A DNA stretch of 64,000 nt from positions 125,773 to 189,772 of the forward strand of contig JBNKBE010000012.1 in assembly GCA_050287085.1 (NCBI GenBank), written 5' to 3'. The DNA is from Polyangiaceae bacterium. GTDB taxonomy: Bacteria > Myxococcota_A > Polyangia > Polyangiales > Polyangiaceae. The notes below the pieces were generated by a model, which saw only the letters and a list, made by a program, of their open reading frames with translations, was not told where the DNA came from and made no database searches. Shown piece by piece: positions 58,580 to 64,000 of this stretch (position 1 is its first letter; each line of letters opens with the position of its first letter). Made by a program: the position numbers and the translations under genes.

Positions 58580-58894
58580 CTACTTGGCCGTGGGGATGAC
58601 GGCGCCACTCTTGGCGACGCGCACCTTCTTGCCATCGCGAACCTCGTGCTTGACACGGGTCGGCTTTGAGGTTTCGGGGTCAACAAGCATGACATTGCTG
58701 ACGTGAATGGGCGCCTCTTGGCGGAGGATGCCTCCGGCATTCTGCGGAGATGCCTTGACGTGGCGCTTCACGAAGTTGACGCCTTCGACGACCACGCGGT
58801 CGGCTTTGAGCAGAACGCGTTTGATCGTGCCGGTGCTGCCCTTGTGAGCGCCACCGACGACCACAACCGAGTCACCTACTTGTAAGCGCTGCAT
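58580..58894 (-). CDS. rplX: 50S ribosomal protein L24
   Basis: [24 protein letters not shown]. Confidence 0.97.
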   Translation of the reverse strand: MQRLQVGDSVVVVGGAHKGSTGTIKRVLLKADRVVVEGVNFVKRHVKASPQNAGGILRQEAPIHVSNVMLVDPETSKPTRVKHEVRDGKKVRVAKSGAVIPTAK

Positions 58895-59262
58895 CAGAGC
58901 ACCTCCGGTGCAAGAGAAACGATTTTCATGAAGCGGGCGGCGCGCAGCTCGCGGGCGACAGGTCCAAAGATGCGGGTTCCAACTGGCTCTTTCTGAGCGT
59001 TGATAATCACCGCGCTGTTGCTGTCGAACTTGATGTAACTGCCGTCGGAGCGGCGAAGTTCCTTCTTGGTCCGGACCACCACCGCCTTGACGGTGTCGCC
59101 TTTGCGAACCTTACTGCCCGGCAGTGCTTCATGCACCGCGACGACGATGATGTCGCCCACGGACGCATAGCGACGGCGCGAGCCACCGAGGACTTTGATG
59201 CACTTGACGGACTTGGCGCCGGAGTTGTCGGCGATGTCCAACACGGTCTCGACCTGTATCAT
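58894..59262 (-). CDS. rplN: 50S ribosomal protein L14
   Basis: [25 protein letters not shown]. Confidence 0.98.
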   Translation of the reverse strand: MIQVETVLDIADNSGAKSVKCIKVLGGSRRRYASVGDIIVVAVHEALPGSKVRKGDTVKAVVVRTKKELRRSDGSYIKFDSNSAVIINAQKEPVGTRIFGPVARELRAARFMKIVSLAPEVL

Positions 59263-59264
59263 GA

Positions 59265-59552
59265 CTACACCTCCGTGGGCGCTCGCTCGATCAGAGCGGA
59301 GACGGCCCAGCGCTTGTTCTTGGACAGCGGGCGGTGTTCGATCAGCTCTACGCGATCGCCAACCTTGTACTCGTTGTTTTCGTCGTGCGCTTGGTAGCGC
59401 TTACGAACCTTCACGTACTTCTTGTACATGCGGTCCATCTTGTAGCGGACCACCTCGACTACGATGGTCTTATCCATCTTGTCGCTGGCGACGCGCCCGA
59501 TGATCTTGCGCTTGCGGGCGGTCGTATCCGCCGTCTCGTTAGCTTCGCTCAC
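59265..59552 (-). CDS. rpsQ: 30S ribosomal protein S17
   Basis: [23 protein letters not shown]. Confidence 0.97.
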   Translation of the reverse strand: MSEANETADTTARKRKIIGRVASDKMDKTIVVEVVRYKMDRMYKKYVKVRKRYQAHDENNEYKVGDRVELIEHRPLSKNKRWAVSALIERAPTEV

Positions 59553-59755
59553 GCTTGGCTCCCTTGCTCAGCTTGACGCTGGGAAAGAATCGTCTTGATC
59601 CGCGCGATGTCCTTACGAGCCTTGCGCAGGACGCTCGTGTCCTCGAGCTGGTTGGTGTGGTTCTTCATCCGATTGCCAAATACGTCCCGGCGTGTTGCCT
59701 CGAGCAACTCAACCAGATCTTGCGTAGTGCGCTCGGCTAGATCTTTTGCCTTCAT
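59549..59755 (-). CDS. rpmC: 50S ribosomal protein L29
   Basis: MKAKDL, QLE, RKDIARIKT; position. Confidence 0.95.
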   Translation of the reverse strand: MKAKDLAERTTQDLVELLEATRRDVFGNRMKNHTNQLEDTSVLRKARKDIARIKTILSQRQAEQGSQA

Positions 59756-60168
59756 TAGAGCTCTCCTCGCGCCATGAAACGTGTTGTTACCGGCAGCTTG
59801 GCAGACGCCAGCTTAAACGCAGCCCGCGCTTGCTCTTCGGTGACGCCGTTGATCTCGAAGAGAATTCGCCCTGGCTTGACCAGCGCGACCCAAAGTTCGA
59901 CGGAGCCCTTGCCAGAGCCCATGCGGACTTCGAGCGGCTTCTTGGTCACCGGCTTGTCCGGGAAGACGCGAATGAAGAGTTTGCCCTGGCGCTTCACGGA
60001 ACGCATGATCGCCATACGACCGGCCTCGATCTGGCGAGCGCTGATTCGCGACGCCGTCGTGGCTTGCAGTGCGTAGTCCCCGAAAGCCAGATCGCTACCG
60101 CGCCATGCAAGGCCGCGGTTCTTGCCCTTTTGTTGCTTACGGAACTTGGTACGTTTGGGAGACAGCAT
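59755..60168 (-). CDS. rplP: 50S ribosomal protein L16
   Basis: [24 protein letters not shown]. Confidence 0.98.
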   Translation of the reverse strand: MLSPKRTKFRKQQKGKNRGLAWRGSDLAFGDYALQATTASRISARQIEAGRMAIMRSVKRQGKLFIRVFPDKPVTKKPLEVRMGSGKGSVELWVALVKPGRILFEINGVTEEQARAAFKLASAKLPVTTRFMARGEL

Positions 60169-60181
60169 GGCTCATTTCACC

Positions 60182-60877
60182 TTATGCCTGGGGAATGCGC
60201 CGCGCCTTGCGCTGCAGCACTTCACCCTTGAAGATCCAGACCTTGACGCCGATGATGCCGTATGGCGTTCGGGCCTCTGCGAGACCGAAGTCGACATCGG
60301 CGCGTAGGGTGTGAAGCGGCACGCGCCCTTCTCGATACGTCTCGATGCGTCCCATCTCCGCACCGCCGAGACGCCCGGCGCACCGAACGCGAATGCCCTT
60401 GGCGCCAAACTTCATGGCCGTGCCAAGCGCCTTCTTCATGGCTCGGCGGAAGGCGATGCGGCGCTCCAGCTGGGTAGCGATATTTTCAGCGACGAGCTGT
60501 GCGTTGGTCTCCGCCTTGCGGACCTCCTGCACGTCGATGAACACCTCGTTCTTCGTCAGCGACTGAACGCCCGCGAACTTGGTCTCACCCTTGGCTGCGC
60601 TATCGAGGTTGCCGATCTTCAGCGTCTCGATGCCCTTGCCGCCCTTGCCGATAACCATACCAGGACGCGCCGTGAAGACGACGACCTTCACCTTATTTGC
60701 GGCACGCTCTACCTCGACGGCAGCAACGCTGGCATTGGATAGGTAGTTCTTGACTGCGCGCTTGATGCGCAAGTCTTCGTGCAACCAATCAGCATACTGA
60801 TTGCATTCGTACCATTTGCTCGTCCAAGACTTAATGACGCCTAGACGAAAACCATAGGGATGTGTTTTCTGACCCAT
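60182..60877 (-). CDS. rpsC: 30S ribosomal protein S3
   Basis: [28 protein letters not shown]. Confidence 0.98.
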   Translation of the reverse strand: MGQKTHPYGFRLGVIKSWTSKWYECNQYADWLHEDLRIKRAVKNYLSNASVAAVEVERAANKVKVVVFTARPGMVIGKGGKGIETLKIGNLDSAAKGETKFAGVQSLTKNEVFIDVQEVRKAETNAQLVAENIATQLERRIAFRRAMKKALGTAMKFGAKGIRVRCAGRLGGAEMGRIETYREGRVPLHTLRADVDFGLAEARTPYGIIGVKVWIFKGEVLQRKARRIPQA

Positions 60878-60892
60878 GAGTGCTCCGGCTGC

Positions 60893-61234
60893 TTAGCGCG
60901 CGTCCAGCTCGATGTGTACGTGGCTGACGCCCTTGACGACGCGAGTCGCGCGACCCTGCGCACGCGGTCGCCATCGACGCATGTGCTGGTTCGGACCCTC
61001 GTCAACGGTCGCCTTGCTGATGTAGAGCGAGTCCGCATCAACCGACGGGTCGAGATCGAGCGCGTTGGCGATTGCGCTGGTCAAGAGCTTCTTGACGATC
61101 GGCGCGCCCGCTTTGGGGGTAAACTCTAGAAGCTGCAGGGCCTCACCCGCGTCACGACCTCGCACCATGTTGATGACGATGCGGGCCTTTCGCGGACTAA
61201 TCCGCTGGAATCTAGCTGTAGCTTTACTTTTCAT
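60893..61234 (-). CDS. rplV: 50S ribosomal protein L22
   Basis: ISPRKAR, SAIANA, RPRAQGRA, SH; ATG at 61234. Confidence 0.97.
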   Translation of the reverse strand: MKSKATARFQRISPRKARIVINMVRGRDAGEALQLLEFTPKAGAPIVKKLLTSAIANALDLDPSVDADSLYISKATVDEGPNQHMRRWRPRAQGRATRVVKGVSHVHIELDAR

Positions 61235-61537
61235 CCGACAGTTTCTCCGTTCGAGACTTGCCGTCCCCGACTGCACCGCGCTGTGCGCTGTGGGACGCCC
61301 GCTGGCGCCCGGCGATCCCCGGCTTGGCCGCTTCACGCTTTGGACCGGCGTCAGTCAGGCTGCGCACGGTAGACCGGGGCCGTCCGCGACCGGGCCACAA
61401 GAGCCGGGAAGTTCGGATGCCCCGAAAAAGGGGAACGGCTACCTAGCAAAGGCGCTAGGCGAGCGCAAGACTGAATTGTGGTCTTGTCGCTCAAGAAGCG
61501 CGTGCACTGCGCGTTTGCGCAGAGCACGCGCTCGGCT

Positions 61538-61810
61538 CTACTTCTTCTTCCTATCGCCGGCGTGACCGGTGAAGGTGCGAGTGGGTGCGAACTCACCGAA
61601 TTTGTGCCCGACCATGTTCTCCGTGACGAACACGGGGACGAACTTGCGTCCGTTGTGAACCGCGAAGGTAAGACCGACCGCCTCCGGGTAGATGGTGGAA
61701 CGGCGAGACCAGGTCTTGATCGCCTTGCGGGAGTTCTCCGCGCGGGCTGCCTGGATCTTGCGCGCCAAGTGCCCGTCGATGAACGGCCCTTTCTTGATAC
61801 TGCGTGCCAT
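61538..61810 (-). CDS. rpsS: 30S ribosomal protein S19
   Basis: [30 protein letters not shown]. Confidence 0.98.
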   Translation of the reverse strand: MARSIKKGPFIDGHLARKIQAARAENSRKAIKTWSRRSTIYPEAVGLTFAVHNGRKFVPVFVTENMVGHKFGEFAPTRTFTGHAGDRKKK

Positions 61811-61827
61811 AACTTAGCCTTGGTCCC

Positions 61828-62655
61828 TTACTTCTTGTTGCGTCGCTTGACGATCATGCTGTCGGTGCGCTTGTTGTGGCGAGTCTTCAGCCCCTTGGCG
61901 AGCTGACCCCAAGGAGAGCACGGATGTCGACCACCGCTCGTGCGCCCCTCACCACCACCCATGGGGTGATCGACGGGGTTCATCGTAACGCCGCGGTTGT
62001 GAGGACGGCGGCCGAGCCAGCGGCTACGCCCTGCCTTACCAAGCTTGATGTTCTTATGCTCGGAATTGCTGACCGCGCCCACGGTCGCGCGGCATCCGAG
62101 GAGCACCTTACGAACTTCTCCGCTCGGGAGCTTGACCTGAGCGTACGCGCCCTCTTTGGCCATGAGCTGTGCTGCCGCTCCGGCAGAGCGAACAAGCTGT
62201 CCACCTTTGCCGAGCTTCAACTCCAGATTGTGGATCGCCGTTCCTACGGGCATTGCACCCAGCGGGAGGCTGTTGCCCGGGCGGATGTCCGCGTGACGAC
62301 TGGAAAGTACTTCCTGCCCCACCTTGAGCCCATCCGGACAGAGAATGTAGCGCTTCTCTCCGTCGGCGTAGTGCAGCAGCGCGATGCGAGCAGTTCGATT
62401 GGGATCGTATTCGATGCTGGCCACACGGGCAGGAACACCGATCTTATCACGACGCCAGTCGATTTGACGGTAGCGCTGCTTGTGGCCGCCCCCGCGGAAG
62501 CGTGAGGTGACGCGGCCGTAGTTGTTGCGTCCACCGGTAGACGAAGCGCCTTCAGTGAGACTGCGCTCCGGCGTGGTGCGTGTGATCTCTTGGAAGTCGC
62601 TGACCGAGCACTGCCGGCGACCGTTTGATGTTGGCTTGTAGACTCGAACGCCCAT
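61828..62655 (-). CDS. rplB: 50S ribosomal protein L2
   Basis: EYDPNR, RG..MNPVDHP.GGGEG. Confidence 0.98.
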   Translation of the reverse strand: MGVRVYKPTSNGRRQCSVSDFQEITRTTPERSLTEGASSTGGRNNYGRVTSRFRGGGHKQRYRQIDWRRDKIGVPARVASIEYDPNRTARIALLHYADGEKRYILCPDGLKVGQEVLSSRHADIRPGNSLPLGAMPVGTAIHNLELKLGKGGQLVRSAGAAAQLMAKEGAYAQVKLPSGEVRKVLLGCRATVGAVSNSEHKNIKLGKAGRSRWLGRRPHNRGVTMNPVDHPMGGGEGRTSGGRHPCSPWGQLAKGLKTRHNKRTDSMIVKRRNKK

Positions 62656-62657
62656 GA

Positions 62658-62963
62658 TTACTCCTCGGCCTCGCCAGACTCGTCAAAAAATTGGATATCC
62701 TGGCCCTCACCGAGAGTGACCATTGCTTTCTTCCAGTTGGGGCGCTTGATCGAGCGGCGGCCAACGCGCTTGTTCTTCCCTCGCTGAACCAACGTGTTGA
62801 CGTCGACTACTTTGACGTCGAAGAGCGTCTCCACCGCCTCGCGGATCTGAATCTTGTTGGCATGCAAGGCCACCTCAAAGACAACCTGATTGTTGTCCAC
62901 TTTCAATTGGGTGGCTTTCTCCGTGAGCGCGATCGGGCGCTTGATGATTTGCTCTGGGGTCAT
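62658..62963 (-). CDS. rplW: 50S ribosomal protein L23
   Basis: IIKRP..TEKA, ANK.QI..AVE.LF.VKV, WKKA.VTL. Confidence 0.97.
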   Translation of the reverse strand: MTPEQIIKRPIALTEKATQLKVDNNQVVFEVALHANKIQIREAVETLFDVKVVDVNTLVQRGKNKRVGRRSIKRPNWKKAMVTLGEGQDIQFFDESGEAEE

Positions 62964-63595
62964 GACTCGCTCCCGATGCAACGGGCCTCAATGGCCTTGG
63001 CGGCTTCCTTCGACACCACCAGATGATCATGCCGGAGAAGGTCGTACACGTTCACGCCCTCGGGGGGCAGAAACTGGTTGGAAGACATGTTTCGAAGCGA
63101 CAACCGCAGGTTGTCGTTGCCTTTGGCGTCGACGACGAGCGTCTTGCTTGACGCCTGAAGAGTGCTGAGCACCCCGAGAAGCGCCTTGGTCTTGATCTCC
63201 GGCAGCTCGATGCTGTCGACGACAATCAGCCGACCCTCTCGGACGAACAGGCTGAGCGCGCCTTTGAGGGCGCTGATGCGAGTCCGGCGCGGCGGGCGAC
63301 GGCTGAAGTCCTGAGGCTTCGGCGGGTGCGCGCGACCTCCTCCGACAAAGCTCGGAGCGCGGACTGAGCCATGGCGAGCATTGCCTGTGCCCTTCTGCTT
63401 GTAGATCTTGGACGATGAGCCGCGAACTGCCGCGCGCTCCTTGCCCGCTTTGGTTCCAGCGCGCTTCGACGCAAGCTGGGCCACGACCACCTCATGAATG
63501 AGGTGTTCTTTGGTTTCGGCGGCAAACACCTCGTCGGAAAGCTGGATCTCCCCGACCTTCTCACGCTTGAGGTTGAATACGTCTACTGTCGGCAT
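62960..63595 (-). CDS. rplD: 50S ribosomal protein L4
   Basis: [15 protein letters not shown]...PKP, NVYDLL; ATG 63595 with GGAG upstream. Confidence 0.97.
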   Translation of the reverse strand: MPTVDVFNLKREKVGEIQLSDEVFAAETKEHLIHEVVVAQLASKRAGTKAGKERAAVRGSSSKIYKQKGTGNARHGSVRAPSFVGGGRAHPPKPQDFSRRPPRRTRISALKGALSLFVREGRLIVVDSIELPEIKTKALLGVLSTLQASSKTLVVDAKGNDNLRLSLRNMSSNQFLPPEGVNVYDLLRHDHLVVSKEAAKAIEARCIGSES

Positions 63596-63608
63596 TTCAT
63601 TGCTCCAA

Positions 63609-63920
63609 TCAGCTCTTGATCTCGACGTCCACACCCGCGGACAGATCGAGCTTCATCAGCGCGTCCAGGGTTTGCGGTGTTGGCTCGAGAATGTCGATCA
63701 CCCGGCGATGAGTGCGCACCTCGAACTGCTCTCGGGACTTCTTGTCCACGTGTGGCCCACGCAGCACTGTATAGCGACGAATGCCGGTCGGCAGCGGAAT
63801 CGGTCCCGCCACGCGGGCGCCGGTGCGACGCGCCGTCTCGACGATGTCCCCAGTGGACTTGTCGAGCAGCTGGTGATCAAATGCCCGAAGGCGGATACGG
63901 ATCTTCGTTGTGTCAGCCAT
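63609..63920 (-). CDS. rpsJ: 30S ribosomal protein S10
   Basis: [28 protein letters not shown]. Confidence 0.98.
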   Translation of the reverse strand: MADTTKIRIRLRAFDHQLLDKSTGDIVETARRTGARVAGPIPLPTGIRRYTVLRGPHVDKKSREQFEVRTHRRVIDILEPTPQTLDALMKLDLSAGVDVEIKS

Positions 63921-63922
63921 AA

Positions 63923-64000
63923 TTACTCAATGATCTTGGAAACGACGCCGGCGCCAACGGTCCTGCCACCCTCGCGGATTGCAAAACGCATCTGCTCTTC
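63923..64000 (-). CDS. tuf: Elongation factor Tu, C-terminal fragment (gene continues beyond window)
   Basis: Manual translation [25 protein letters not shown]. Confidence 0.96.
   Translation of the reverse strand, partial: EEQMRFAIREGGRTVGAGVVSKIIE

Overview
GC-rich bacterial chromosome segment, most likely from a myxobacterium (Myxococcota, Polyangiales-like). That assignment is inferred from the gene repertoire (RHH-Pro-FHA protein, Gly/Ala-rich lipoproteins, stand-alone F0 atp genes). The right quarter (49.5-64 kb, minus strand) is the tuf-S10-spc-alpha ribosomal superoperon, with some oddities: rplC is absent, the IF-1 homolog is strongly diverged, and there is a ~300-bp structured rpsS-rplV spacer. 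The remainder mixes housekeeping genes (ftsK, atpZIBE, UbiB/ABC1 kinase, L,D-transpeptidase, UDP-sugar dehydrogenase, histidine kinases) with accessory modules. The best candidate for an undescribed system is a 7-gene cluster at 5.5-12.9 kb. It encodes an FN3 membrane protein, a Na+/solute symporter, a 39-aa membrane peptide missing from the ORF track, an ATCase-like carbamoyltransferase lacking the aspartate side-chain motif, an AsnB-like amidotransferase, an N-carbamoyl-amino-acid hydrolase and a cysteine hydrolase. The combination fits synthesis, uptake and breakdown of an N-carbamoyl amino-acid amide such as the osmolyte N-carbamoyl-L-glutamine 1-amide (inference). Also notable are a ~160-bp structured non-coding element present twice with a compensatory base-pair change, a lipoprotein PhoX paired with a di-heme lipoprotein under Pho-box-like repeats, and a PTPS-IV/glycosyltransferase/methyltransferase/CDP-alcohol transferase module. 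No tRNA, rRNA, CRISPR array or transposase was recognised. All calls come from reading motifs by eye; no database searches were run.
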